NCBI GenBank assembly: GCA_000002445.1
Contig: CP000071.1
Location: 1,280,001-1,344,000, forward strand
Length of the DNA stretch: 64,000 bases
Direction: 5' to 3'
DNA from: Trypanosoma brucei
Taxonomy: Eukaryota
Positions 11,050-22,404 of this stretch are shown here, piece after piece. The notes below the pieces were generated by a model. It was given only the letters and a program-made list of their open reading frames with translations, was not told where the DNA came from and searched no databases. The translations under genes and the position numbers were made by a program. Position 1 is the stretch's first letter; each line of letters starts with the position of its first letter.

Positions 11050-14000
11050 TCATGCACTGCAATTGGGTAACACACCTACCACCACATGTCTCTCCCCAAC
11101 TTGAAGTACACCTCGTAAAAACAGTGCGGCAGCAGCAGCAGCGCTAATACCGAGAAAAATGAGGAGCCACCGCACCATCTGAGCAGCTTGCGCATTTATG
11201 TAGCAATCGACCGCACGCTGTTTCCGAAGCATGTGAACTCTCTGGTTCTGATAAAAGTCAATCAACCGCTGGCGGGCGGCAACCGCCTGTGCGCGCTCCA
11301 AGAATGCTTCGCAATGCCGCCCTTCCAGAGAAGCCCACGGGTTGCGTCGCGAAATTAGTTGATAGGGACAACTTCCTCTTTCGTAGACCGCCACTGAACT
11401 TAGGCGGCGGCGCGTGTTGCTTTTTTGAACATCTACACATGGTGACGCCCCCCAACGACATGCGCCACCTACTGTAGAAAACAGAACAGTCATGGCACGC
11501 TGACATAACTGGTGCTCTTCTGCCAACGGCGAGCTGGAGGCCGAAATAGACAATGTAGGCTCCAGCGTTTGCGGAGTTGTTACTCCGCCGTGCTCAGAGG
11601 TTTCCTCACGCCACGTAGAAGAGGTTACTGGCGTTTGTCGGATGCTAAACAAGGTCTTGGCTGGTGAACAACTTCTCAACCTTCCAGAGAACAATGCCGA
11701 CCGTACATGAGCCCAACGTTCCCTGCTCCGGCTTGTGGAAGTCACTACCGGCCTTGCCGATGGGGCAGAAGGAGACGGACTCCCGCATGTAGAGTACGAA
11801 TTCGCAGGCGGTACTGAGTGGTCAACTGCCGGCGGTGACGGTGATGCCGCCCGTGAGTTGAACCCATCTCCTACTCTGTTGTGCCGTAAATGGAGATGGT
11901 TGGAGCCTACCCGCCGCAGCCTATCTGATGTTGCCGCCCCTAGCGGTCCCGCATTTGCAGAGAGTTCAGTCTTAAGGAGTGAAAAGTACAACGCTGGTAC
12001 AAAGATTTGATAGCTACGTGGCTCCTGGTTGTGATGCAAGAACCAGTGCGAACCGGAGTGCTTTGGTTTGGGTCGTAGACCACACGTTAAAAAATCCCAA
12101 AGGAAGCCACAAACTTGGTTTCCCCGCTGCCGCCTTTTCGTCCGCTTTCTGTGCTTTAAACGACACTGGCGTCGGCTAGCCAATAAGCCACCAACGAGAA
12201 TGGCACCGCACGGCACAAGGAGGAAACAGGACGCGACAAACGACCATAAAGATCTCGAAACGACTGCCGGTTTGAACGAGGACACCAAACCCATAGCTGC
12301 CAGTACAACTAGCATGAGCTGCAACGCCAGGCTCAACGCGAATTCTACGGGTCCGGAGTACGGCCTACATACAACCAGGATAACAAGCATCCCGAGGTGA
12401 AGGATAACGGAGGCAATGAAGCCGGTCCAAGGACTCGCCAAACCGTCATCTTCCTGCATAACAGCAGAAAATATAACCACAGCAGTTTTTTGGGCCAGCA
12501 CAACAAGCTTGAAGTAACGCCAGGAGAAGGTGTACGGCGCATACAAAAAGTGCACCTCATTCTGTGAACTGTGAACTCTTCCATAATAATTTTTATGTCT
12601 CATGCGCTCACGACCACTTTGACTTACTCCTTCACGCGGCACTGTTCCCCGCGCTGGTTCCCACTTTCTGCCAAAGAAATTTCCTGAATGGTGAAATGCC
12701 TCTGCTGTATTTCCACCAATTGCAGGCACCACTTCCGCTGACCGCGCAGAACAGCTCCCTGAATCCTCAAGTGGATAGTGCTCCAAGGCCAGCAGCGCCT
12801 GTCGTGTGACGAGCCCGTAGAGTAAAATAAAGAATGTGGCATACGTAGTTGACGTGAGTAAGGCAGACGCGTAGAGAAAGAAGTTTACGCTGTCACAAGA
12901 GACATTCGATCCGACCATCAGCTTTCGTGCCTCGGTAGTGCTCCACTTTGAGGTATCAACCTCCAAAACGGAAGTAGACTTATTATCTGCTCCACAGGCG
13001 ACAGGAGCATTGTTGTCAACCACATCACGACAGGGGATGAGACCGATGGCACTCCGAATGAGCGGGGCGTACAGGAAGGAAACGAGAAGTAGCAAAGTAT
13101 AAAGAAACAAATGCCGAAACCACAGCTTTGCATCAAATAGCCACCGGCGACCGCCCTCTGAGAGACCAACTGAGAGCGACAACGCGAGAAAGAACGTCGT
13201 CAGAAGGAGCATGCTAACTGGGAAGTATATTAGCGGGCTGCAAAAAAGCGACTCAGTCGATTCCCACAGGCTCTTCCTTAGGAGAAAAGCAGCGGCAGTT
13301 CCACTTCCCAACAGTACCAGCAACTTCAACAGTGCCCACCATAATGAAAAGGCATGCGTTTCTCCATGCCGCCGCTGCATCATTTCCTGGTACGCCAATT
13401 CTGCTTTCGCACAACGCAGACGGGTCTCTTCCCTCTCTCGCTCTTCAACCGGTCTTTCCATGCCGCCTTCGCCATCCCTCCACACACACCCGTTGTGACT
13501 CGCAGCAATGTTCATCAGCGACTCAGCTACACGCTCCTCCACGGAATGTGGAGCCTGTTCCAAATGCCGGAGCTGCTCCAATAGTTGTGCCTGCCTTCGC
13601 TTCCCCCAGATGAGACGCAGTGTGAGACCAACAGCAGCTAACAAGCCCACAGAAACGGCACTGGCTGCAGCTATTGCCACCTTTGTGTCCGAGGGGATAG
13701 CACGCACCAGTTTCAACAGTGCGCTCCCGCTCTCGAGCACTTCCAATGAATGTTGTGCGTGAAGAAGCAACGTACATCCGGCCAAGAAAAAAACCGCGGT
13801 ACAGAGCGCATACGCAAACGCAATGAATTGGGGTGGACCTAGCACCGGCGCAAAAAGCACGACGAGGGAAAGCGGTGCCACAATGTTTGTGAGGGCAAAA
13901 ACCCTACGCAAATCTGGGGGCATCCACTTGGGCAAGTTCAGAGTGGAACCTTCAAACATGCGAGTCGTGTTATTATGTTTTGAAGTGCCATTGACTGTCA

Positions 14001-14181
14001 CGGCTACACCGCCACCATGGGAAATGGCATTCATCGCCCTGCCCACAAATCGAAGAAAGGAACTGTACGCTGGCGGAAAGACACTTGGAGCTATCAACAC
14101 TGTGAGATTGATGTATTGAACGTAGTTTGCCAACAACTCCACAACATCATATAGCATCGTGTCGAGACCTCCACCAATCAA
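11050..14181 (-). CDS. hypothetical polytopic membrane protein (1043 aa), paralogous to the neighbouring 1368-aa gene
   Basis: Long ORF with 10 or more hydrophobic segments in the N-terminal half, a Ser/Pro-rich soluble middle and a C-terminal TM (MVRWLLIFLGISAAAAAALFL). The N-terminus shares the ANYVQY...SVFP and LNLPKWMPPDLR motifs with the ORF at 16185..20291. Confidence 0.7.
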   Translation of the reverse strand: MIGGGLDTMLYDVVELLANYVQYINLTVLIAPSVFPPAYSSFLRFVGRAMNAISHGGGVAVTVNGTSKHNNTTRMFEGSTLNLPKWMPPDLRRVFALTNIVAPLSLVVLFAPVLGPPQFIAFAYALCTAVFFLAGCTLLLHAQHSLEVLESGSALLKLVRAIPSDTKVAIAAASAVSVGLLAAVGLTLRLIWGKRRQAQLLEQLRHLEQAPHSVEERVAESLMNIAASHNGCVWRDGEGGMERPVEEREREETRLRCAKAELAYQEMMQRRHGETHAFSLWWALLKLLVLLGSGTAAAFLLRKSLWESTESLFCSPLIYFPVSMLLLTTFFLALSLSVGLSEGGRRWLFDAKLWFRHLFLYTLLLLVSFLYAPLIRSAIGLIPCRDVVDNNAPVACGADNKSTSVLEVDTSKWSTTEARKLMVGSNVSCDSVNFFLYASALLTSTTYATFFILLYGLVTRQALLALEHYPLEDSGSCSARSAEVVPAIGGNTAEAFHHSGNFFGRKWEPARGTVPREGVSQSGRERMRHKNYYGRVHSSQNEVHFLYAPYTFSWRYFKLVVLAQKTAVVIFSAVMQEDDGLASPWTGFIASVILHLGMLVILVVCRPYSGPVEFALSLALQLMLVVLAAMGLVSSFKPAVVSRSLWSFVASCFLLVPCGAILVGGLLASRRQCRLKHRKRTKRRQRGNQVCGFLWDFLTCGLRPKPKHSGSHWFLHHNQEPRSYQIFVPALYFSLLKTELSANAGPLGAATSDRLRRVGSNHLHLRHNRVGDGFNSRAASPSPPAVDHSVPPANSYSTCGSPSPSAPSARPVVTSTSRSRERWAHVRSALFSGRLRSCSPAKTLFSIRQTPVTSSTWREETSEHGGVTTPQTLEPTLSISASSSPLAEEHQLCQRAMTVLFSTVGGACRWGASPCVDVQKSNTRRRLSSVAVYERGSCPYQLISRRNPWASLEGRHCEAFLERAQAVAARQRLIDFYQNQRVHMLRKQRAVDCYINAQAAQMVRWLLIFLGISAAAAAALFLRGVLQVGERHVVVGVLPNCSA

Positions 14182-16184
14182 AACATACAGATGGGAGGAG
14201 CTTTTCCCCTCCCTTTGTTCTTTCGGTTGTCTTTAAAAAAAAAAATAGTGAAACACAGTATTATGTAAAACAAAAGGGATGAGACAAAAGGGACGGTATG
14301 GCGGAAATAAAATACAAGTGTACAGCCTCACACATCTTCTCCGCAATCGATGTGAAGTGGAAAAGGTAAGACAGCAAACACACACAATAGGGGAAACATT
14401 CTTCACGGTACACGTAATCATATGTTCACGGATGGAGAGGAGACAGAGTTGCAATAATTTAATATAAGTTGTTAATTATGTATAATTGTATGTCTATGTG
14501 TGCTTATTTAAGAGTTTTACTACCATAATTTTGGCCCTCATCTCCATATAAATCTTGTGGTACATTTGCAAGCACCAGTACCTATTTCCTTTCTCATTTT
14601 TATTCCTTTCGCTTTAGCATTAGTTAGGTTACGATTATTATTATTATTACACTTTTTTTTTCGCACACTTCCCCGTTTTTCTTCGTCTATCCATCCCCGA
14701 GTTGCACAAGCAGCACGAGTAACATGAGCACCGGTATTGTTAGAAGCGGCAAACAAAAAAAAAGGAATTTGAAAAAAAAAATCAAAAACAAACACACAAA
14801 GTCATACAAGTCAAAGAAAAAAAACATTTACATACTGGCAGCGGGGCTAGTAGCGAGTATGGTTTAGCTATTTTCTTTCAACATTTGTTTTGCAGCTTTA
14901 CATAACCCCGTAGCATTTCGAGCGCCGTGTTGTGGGAGAAAATAAATCCAGGGGAGGAAGTCAACCACGTCTGAAAAAAAGGCGTGTGTGAAACCTCACG
15001 AGGCGACTCCACCAATTCCAAATATAAACACAAACACAAATACAGACACGGATACCACCAGTAACAAACAATGTTTCCCCCCCCTTTCTCCTCCAAAATA
15101 AAGACATATATTAAACCTCTCGCATTTTCGCATTTCAGGGCGCGCTCCCCTTTCCACTACAAGAGCATGCAATAGTAGGTGAAAAAGAAAAAAAAAAGAA
15201 AAAGTGGAAACCAAAAGACAAAACCTTTTCCGCACGCACACTCATGCGCGCTCACGTTCACATTCATACCAAATATTGTATACGAGTGACTTCGAAGGAG
15301 AGGTGCCCAGAGAGGGAGAAAGATGCACACAACCATCAGCATCACGCCTCACACTGGTGTGGAAACAATATTGATATCAGTAATGCTAGGGGAAAAAAAA
15401 AACACAAGTAATATTTTAAAAGGCCAAACCAAAAAATGTTTGATTCTCCCCTCCTCGATCCACCGAAAAGCAAGAATACATTTTCAGCCTCACTACGAAG
15501 ATATATACAATCATATATGCACTACAACGCGAGTGGTTGTACAATGAAAAGGACAAAGGCAAGAGATGGGGGGCAATGCAAAAAAAAAAAAAGGGGGCGT
15601 GTATGTTTATGAATATAGTTGGAAGAGCGAGATGTTATTCATATTGGAGTTGAGACTCCGGAAGAAGGTGAATACACATCAAGAGGCACTTGCAGGCAAA
15701 AATCGTGCACAGGCCCTTCCAGATGTAATTTCCCCCTTTCTCTGCTCCACATTCACTCAAAAATACAAACGCACAGGCAGAGCATCAGAAAGGAATAGTG
15801 CAACACATAAAAACTCGTAAGGACTTCATCACAAAAGGGGGAAAGTGAAGAAAAGATAGCAAATGCAACAAAAAATATATATATATATATATATACATTG
15901 CTCCTTAACTTCCTGCTTGCAGTTTACACAGCAACGCAAACAACCGACCCCCTTCGCTCTGTCCCGCAGACAGAAAATTTCATTATTTATCTGTTGCAGC
16001 TTTAAATGTATTACCAATAAATATTAACATGCACATATACGCAGTCACATACGATTATTTCTGTCCTTCAAATTGTTGGTTATTGTTCATGGGCATTCTT
16101 TTCTCTTCCCTTATTTCATTTTCTACGCACCCGTTAAAATGGCACTCAAACCGAAATGAAGTTGCTTGCATGCGCTTTCTGTTA

Positions 16185-19100
16185 CTACCACCGCAAGATT
16201 TCTTGTTCCGTAACTGGCGTAGTACAGTTCTCAATTTCAACTCTTCCCTTTGGATGCAACTTCAATTTGCATCCGTTTTTGAAATCCATGCCACATAACT
16301 CACGTATTTTGAAACCATCGACAGCTTCGCCTTTAAGGACATCACGCCGCACTCGCTCCTTCACTAGTCTGTTTCTACACACCCACCGCTCTAAAGCCAT
16401 CACGTTGTTTGGCGGTAAGGCAGCGGGTGATGACAAACTGCTGCAGCAACAATTACGAGTGAACTCCTCCCATGATTTGTAACCAAATAGTTGATTGTGC
16501 ACACTGTAAGCACTCTGGGCGTTTGTTAAACTAATATTGTCTCCCTTGTACATCATTCCTCCAATGCACATGGCTAGGGACAGCGTTGAAAAGAGGCAAA
16601 GCGCCACAAAGAAAATTTGCATGTAGCGTCTGATACTCATAGCGATGCGGTGGTCCACAGCCATCTGGAGAGATTCCAACTTCCCTGCCTCAGAATTATA
16701 TTCGTCAACCAACTGTTGTCGAAGCAGGTAATGTCGTCGCAATTTCGGCATATTTTCTGCATTCATATTAGCCGCTCCCCTCACCAGCGCGCGGGCAGAC
16801 GAGACATCCATCCACGATTTTCTTTTCGCAGATGGAGAACCTGCCATTTTCAAGGCAGCGTCCAACGTTACCGATTGTCGTCTCCCTGTTGTTGTGTCCT
16901 TGGGCGACCCCTCAGCTTCGGCTGACTCGCGAGATCCGGTTTCCCTATACTTCTCCAGCGGGTCGGGTATGTCTTCCAGTAGCCTTTGAACAAAAGCCTC
17001 CCAGTTCCCTTCACTTTCTCCCTCAAGGGCGACATGAGGTGCGAACTCGGGGCAGATTGACGGGCGCCGCTCGGTGACAGTAGTGTCTTTAAGATCACGA
17101 GGCAGAAGACGATCTAAATCGGCAGCCTTCAGTTCAGCGAGTGCTGCGCATAGCTGTTCCTTCGAGAGCATGGCGGATATGCGGTCTGAGACATCACTGG
17201 TTATTGTCTGACCGTATGGGTTAACGTTACCTTCCTTAGCGACTGGTAAGTTGCTTGCCACGACAGCCAGTGCGCTGCTCGGGCTATTTGACCCCTTTGT
17301 CTTACCACTACCTTCCTTTGCTGTTTTTGCGGCGGTTACCGCTCTGCTCGATGGGCCAACAAGGGGATTCCAACATTTCTTCTTGTGTTCCACGAGTTTA
17401 GCGAAAAATTGACTTGGTTCATATGGGCTCGACGGACCCTCATCACCTCCAGCGCTTTGGCGTATCGCCGGTACATCACACCCCTCGGCCTTAGCCGCCA
17501 AGAACTGAGACTCGGAAGGAGTGATCCAAAATGGCCTCTCCGCGATGCCAGCCGTCATTTTGAGGGTTCTTCGACTTTGCAGCACCTCCCCATAACGTAG
17601 AGTGTTGCTGTGTACATGAAACGCCTTTCCACACTGCCGCATCCAACGAAGCATTACAGAGAAACAAGAGGGCTTTCCTTTTGTGGCGTCATCTTCCTTC
17701 TTAGCAGAATCGTACTCTTCGCCATGCTGCGTTTCATGGCGCCAACCATCCAACGCGTTAGAGGGAACTGCCACCCCTGGTGGATAGCCGTCGTCAGGCA
17801 AGTAGTCGTCCCCTTCCCTTATTAACGATGACAGTACCGCCTTCAGTTCACCCCTTTTAACTGCTGTCTGTTCGTAGAGCTCATCATCCATCCCACCCCC
17901 CTCACCTTCACCTTCACCTTCGCCACAATCATGGGACAGTGGAACTTCTTTGTATCCACGGAAGTATTCCTGGGGTTCGAAGGATCGTTTGTCACCAAAA
18001 TAATCGTCTTTCATGACCTTTTCCTTCTTGTCAGTCTCTTCGGGTGCATTATGTTCATCCGCAAATACTACAGCTGTTCCTATATCGGCACCATCCGAAG
18101 GCCCTGAAGCCGGTGCCCCCTCTCGATCCGCACGATTCCCACTTCTTTGTCTCGTGTTATCCCCTTTCACCCCACCTCCTGCCGCGGGCAAACTTGCTAA
18201 AACTTGAGGATTCTGTGCAGGTAGACCCGTCTCCCTTCCGTTCGAAGAATCGTTCACTTCGGCGCCTGGTTGCGGGTTATTGGCCATATCCCCCGGTGAT
18301 TGCGCAGAACCAACTGTAGTACCATCTCCACGTGGGGGTAAATCAGGGTCAGTACACGCAGTTGCTTGCCCCTTGCAGTTAGGGTTGTCAAGGCTTTCAC
18401 CCACCACCACGTTATCAGGCGATTGGTTTTCAGCAGTGTCTGCCACAGTTTCGAAATCGCGCTTAAGACGACTCTGTAGTCGCTCCACGCGTTGACGGTC
18501 GTTACGAAAGGTAAGTACAGACCCCACGATAAGGGCAAACATGGGAGCAACAATCATGAGGGCAACCGCAGTTATGGTGACGGCATTTGGAACAAGCTCT
18601 CTGGTCGACATACTCCCCACAACACCGAGAGATCCAATAAACGTAAGAACCAATTGATGCGAAATACTGTACCAGTTTTCCACAGGACGTGCATAAGGCC
18701 TGACCATCATGAGGTACGTCAGGTACACCAAGCAGATGCATGTGATGAGACTAATACCCAACCATGCAACCACTGACCCTGGACCCCGTCGCATCAGTAC
18801 ACCAATAAGGACCAGCAAGATCCTTTGCAAAAGAAACAAAATACGTGACCGACGAAACTGATACTTAAACGCCACGTACAGCGAAGACGAGACGTTTCTG
18901 GACATCAAAGTTTTTTCATAATAAAGCTCCTTTTTATTGAACTCATCACAGATACGCTTTTCAAGTGGGTACTCGTCCACCAGGATGCTCGTAGCTCGAT
19001 CGATTGATAGTATGAGGAAAGCAGGATATGCGACAAAGTAAGCAATGAATACCAACGACATGGACATCTTGTAGAAGTTGTCTATCTCACGGCAGGATAC

Positions 19101-20291
19101 TCGAGGATCGTATGCCAGACGTTTTTCACGAATATTACCACCACATAGCTTAATTTGCAGCGATTTAGAACATTTCTGCGTGTGCTCCGTGAAGTTGCAA
19201 GCAAGACAAGGTTTTTCAGTTGTATCCCAGGAGTTTGAAAAGTTTCTCGACCCCCCTACAGCGGATTTCATTCTGATCATCATCTCTCCTTCATTACAAG
19301 ACACCTCAGTGCACACTAACAACCTCATCATATTCAGTGTCACCGGAGTAAAGGCAATGGAGAGGGCAATCAGCGCAGTACTGGTGAGTGCTTTGGACAA
19401 TTTGTCCGTCAGTTTAACCTGTATCTGTCTCCCCTTTTGAGAAATACTGAGTAAAGCCCATATGACAATTACGCTACTGGCAACAAAAAATGTAATAGCC
19501 ACTGCTTTATCATAACGGCCTATTTTCAAGGCTTCAGCTGAATCTTCTGTTGGCAATGTAACGTATATGAAGTATCCCGCTGCAATAGCAATGCCGCAAA
19601 CGAGCAGTTGGATTAAAATGCTGCGCCACCTACGAGCCTGGACATACACCTCTTTTTTTGCTTCGTAAGCGAGCAAGGCAGACGTTGCCCTCTTGTTTTG
19701 CGTCACACGTCTCACAGCTTTTTGTATTGCGGATACCTCTTCCCGATGCTCGGCCCCCCGATCGGCGGCCATTTCCAATCGTCTCTTTTTTTTCTGACTC
19801 CGACGTAACATGAATAGATAGATGATGCCTGCAACAAAGAGAACAATGAGACCCACTCCACCAGCGAGAACAAGAATCCTTTGTGTTTCGCGGGTCATTA
19901 TTTCCATTTTTTCTGCGCGAGGCGTGGAGACAAGCACTGCGCCAAGTACTGTAAAGAAAACGGCCACCACTTGCGCGAAAAGACAGAGGGACGCGCCCGT
20001 CGAAGACACAATCAAGAACCCTCCAAGAGAGATGACCATGGGAATAATGACAACAATAAATGTGTAGTTTAGGCGACTGTCGTGGGGAATCCAGTTGGGA
20101 AGTGTGAACATTTGTTCCCTTTTTTGTGAATCCCCCGTTAGATAATCATACGATATATGTAATAATGCCAACTGGCCTTTCGAAAGCGGCTGCAGAATTA
20201 TTTCTGGGAAGCTGTTTGGTGAGAGAGAGACCATGATGTACAAGTATTGCACGTATGCCACCGTCATGTCAAATAGGTCAACGAAAGTCAT
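16185..20291 (-). CDS. hypothetical polytopic membrane protein (1368 aa) with an acidic GEGEGEGEG tract, tandem paralog of 11050..14181
   Basis: Long ORF. The N-terminus has VAYVQYLYIMVSLSPNSFP and FTLPNWIPHDSR, matching the upstream paralog. It has multiple TM segments, a long soluble region containing GEGEGEGEGGG, and a C-terminal TM (IFFVALCLFSTLSLAMCIGG) preceded by LRQQLVDEY, comparable to the paralog's RQRLIDFYQNQ. Confidence 0.7.
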   Translation of the reverse strand: MTFVDLFDMTVAYVQYLYIMVSLSPNSFPEIILQPLSKGQLALLHISYDYLTGDSQKREQMFTLPNWIPHDSRLNYTFIVVIIPMVISLGGFLIVSSTGASLCLFAQVVAVFFTVLGAVLVSTPRAEKMEIMTRETQRILVLAGGVGLIVLFVAGIIYLFMLRRSQKKKRRLEMAADRGAEHREEVSAIQKAVRRVTQNKRATSALLAYEAKKEVYVQARRWRSILIQLLVCGIAIAAGYFIYVTLPTEDSAEALKIGRYDKAVAITFFVASSVIVIWALLSISQKGRQIQVKLTDKLSKALTSTALIALSIAFTPVTLNMMRLLVCTEVSCNEGEMMIRMKSAVGGSRNFSNSWDTTEKPCLACNFTEHTQKCSKSLQIKLCGGNIREKRLAYDPRVSCREIDNFYKMSMSLVFIAYFVAYPAFLILSIDRATSILVDEYPLEKRICDEFNKKELYYEKTLMSRNVSSSLYVAFKYQFRRSRILFLLQRILLVLIGVLMRRGPGSVVAWLGISLITCICLVYLTYLMMVRPYARPVENWYSISHQLVLTFIGSLGVVGSMSTRELVPNAVTITAVALMIVAPMFALIVGSVLTFRNDRQRVERLQSRLKRDFETVADTAENQSPDNVVVGESLDNPNCKGQATACTDPDLPPRGDGTTVGSAQSPGDMANNPQPGAEVNDSSNGRETGLPAQNPQVLASLPAAGGGVKGDNTRQRSGNRADREGAPASGPSDGADIGTAVVFADEHNAPEETDKKEKVMKDDYFGDKRSFEPQEYFRGYKEVPLSHDCGEGEGEGEGGGMDDELYEQTAVKRGELKAVLSSLIREGDDYLPDDGYPPGVAVPSNALDGWRHETQHGEEYDSAKKEDDATKGKPSCFSVMLRWMRQCGKAFHVHSNTLRYGEVLQSRRTLKMTAGIAERPFWITPSESQFLAAKAEGCDVPAIRQSAGGDEGPSSPYEPSQFFAKLVEHKKKCWNPLVGPSSRAVTAAKTAKEGSGKTKGSNSPSSALAVVASNLPVAKEGNVNPYGQTITSDVSDRISAMLSKEQLCAALAELKAADLDRLLPRDLKDTTVTERRPSICPEFAPHVALEGESEGNWEAFVQRLLEDIPDPLEKYRETGSRESAEAEGSPKDTTTGRRQSVTLDAALKMAGSPSAKRKSWMDVSSARALVRGAANMNAENMPKLRRHYLLRQQLVDEYNSEAGKLESLQMAVDHRIAMSIRRYMQIFFVALCLFSTLSLAMCIGGMMYKGDNISLTNAQSAYSVHNQLFGYKSWEEFTRNCCCSSLSSPAALPPNNVMALERWVCRNRLVKERVRRDVLKGEAVDGFKIRELCGMDFKNGCKLKLHPKGRVEIENCTTPVTEQEILRW

Positions 20292-20966
20292 TGTTACTGT
20301 CGCCTAATTACTGGTTCTTTGCTTAGTTGTTTGCCTCCTTATTCTCTACCTCGCCTTGCTCAGAGGCGATATATTTCCTACCCCACCACTCTCCCTGCCT
20401 CCTACTTCGTATACTCTTCTTCACTTATATCTACCTTTTATACCACTTGAAGATTGTTTTGTCCACTTCCTTGACCCTTAGCCCCTCCGTATCGATGTGA
20501 CGGTCGGCGGAGACGTATCTTTGAAACCTTAAATATTCACTTTTTTTTTGTCCTTCCGTGGACTTACCGCCTTTTGACAGCCGGCGACTCTCAAACCCTT
20601 TCACCAACAAAAAACACGGCCGATGTACTGCCAAGCAAAATTGTGTGTGGTCGTTCGACAACTATTAGTTCTATAAGAAGGGAGATACAGTAAAATTTTG
20701 GGAAGAACGGAAACCATTATTTTTTTTCTTGATGAGCAGGCGGACGGTCATCCCGCGTAAGTAGAACATCATTTCTGGCCCCCCTTCACCTCCTTTGGCA
20801 GGTAGAAACAAAAGAGGCACACGAGCGTTGGAGGAAGAATAAAAGGGAATAAATAGCAATAGGGGGAGTAGAAACACAAATATATGAAGTATTCCTCAAC
20901 CCCCCCTAAACTTTTATGAGACCCATAACGGAAGATAAGAGGAGGAACAAACGGCGGTTGATATGC

Positions 20967-21371
20967 GGGAATGGCGAGGAGGAGGAGGAGGAGGAGGCAA
21001 AGAGCAAGGGGCGATTCACTCATGTACATTAAGCATATGCACATATGCACACGAATGGGCATTTTCCCACCCTCTCACCATTTGTGTTTCCCAAGGCCCA
21101 ACATTACCAGAATTGCATATAAATGTAAGAATGTATATATGCACACAACACATCATACAATCAGTGTTGTCATAACCACACAATGTACTTTACTCCCATC
21201 CGTTACCGAATCAATCTTCATTTCGTTGCCCCCTCCTCCCCACCTCTCCGCCCACCCTAAAGTTCAATCGCCTTCTCCCATCCTCCCCATTCCCAGTCTT
21301 CACACCATTTTGTTTCATTAATTAAGTTTACCACAACAACTCATCCCTCTCCTCCTCCTCCTCCTCCTCCT
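20967..21371. repeat. inverted pair of trinucleotide repeats: (GGA)n at 20967-20987 and (CTC)n at about 21346-21371
   Basis: gaggaggaggaggaggagg, and 360 bp downstream ctcctcctcctcctcctcctcc; they are reverse complements of each other. Confidence 0.8.
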
Positions 21372-22404
21372 GCCTCATACACCTACTCTTCTTCTTTTTT
21401 TTCTTTTGTTCCCCTTCCACTCTATCAAGTTCTTAGTGCTCTTCTCAACAACGTTTTTCCATATTTCCTCGCCCCCGAGTAACAAAATGTCCGCCACAAA
21501 TATTTCTCTCTTGTCAAACTTGTCCCTCTCCCGACTTTCTTTCCCTGTGATACAGGTGTGGAAATAAGAAGGGAGTGTACAGGAAATAAAGATGAAACCC
21601 AAAACAAATAAAACCGACAGGATGGAAAAAAAAAACAAAAGGAAAGGAAAGTATATATAGTGCGACAAGCACCTTTACAGCAAGATGAAACTAATAATAA
21701 TAATAATAACAATAGAAACATAGCACTGGAAGACATATATTTTTTTTACGCATATACATGCACGTATATATACATATATATGCACAAAAAGTGTCGACAC
21801 GCAGGAGAACGGAAGAGGAGTCGCAACCAAAGATAATCAAAAAGACAAATAAAGCACGTTCGTGCACAACAATTTAATGAAAAGTTACTGCATAGGTACT
21901 CAAATCCACACTAGAGAGAGTGTGCCGACTAGAGGCGACCAACAACCACGGCGAACGGAGCTGAATGTCCACTAACGGATAAAGTTGCATAGTAACAAAA
22001 AAAAAACAGCTGACCAAACTATATTGTTATTGTGGAGAGAAAGGTTACATATGGTCACCGTACATTCCTTTACTTTATTTGGATGCCCTAACCCTATTTT
22101 ATGAAGCCGAATGCTGGCCGTTTATATTTTCTATTGGCTTCCATATCCCGTTGTCCACGAGGCTCTAACATACAGAAGCCACGTGTAATGCCACATATAT
22201 AAACAGATGTATATTCACCTTTGGCATGGATTACTCGCAGCACATGGGAGATGGTCAAGAGGGGCACGCACACATATAATTAACACCTCTCAAAGTATAG
22301 TTCTCCTGTTTCAAATTTCTGCGCACGATGACGCAGTCCGTGCCTATCGCTGGGATACTGGCACCAATTCGTACCATAATTAACGCTAAACGCACGGGTT
22401 CGGC

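Noticed and set aside
10832-11062. Minus-strand 76-aa ORF abutting the 1043-aa membrane-protein gene
   Set aside because: Its start codon overlaps the stop of the 11050..14181 gene in another frame, and it has no distinctive features. It most likely lies in that gene's 3' UTR.
20431-20661. Minus-strand 76-aa ORF 140 nt upstream of the 1368-aa gene start
   Set aside because: Composition is not clearly coding and there is no motif. It could be a uORF or a chance ORF in the 5' UTR region, and it was not called as a gene.
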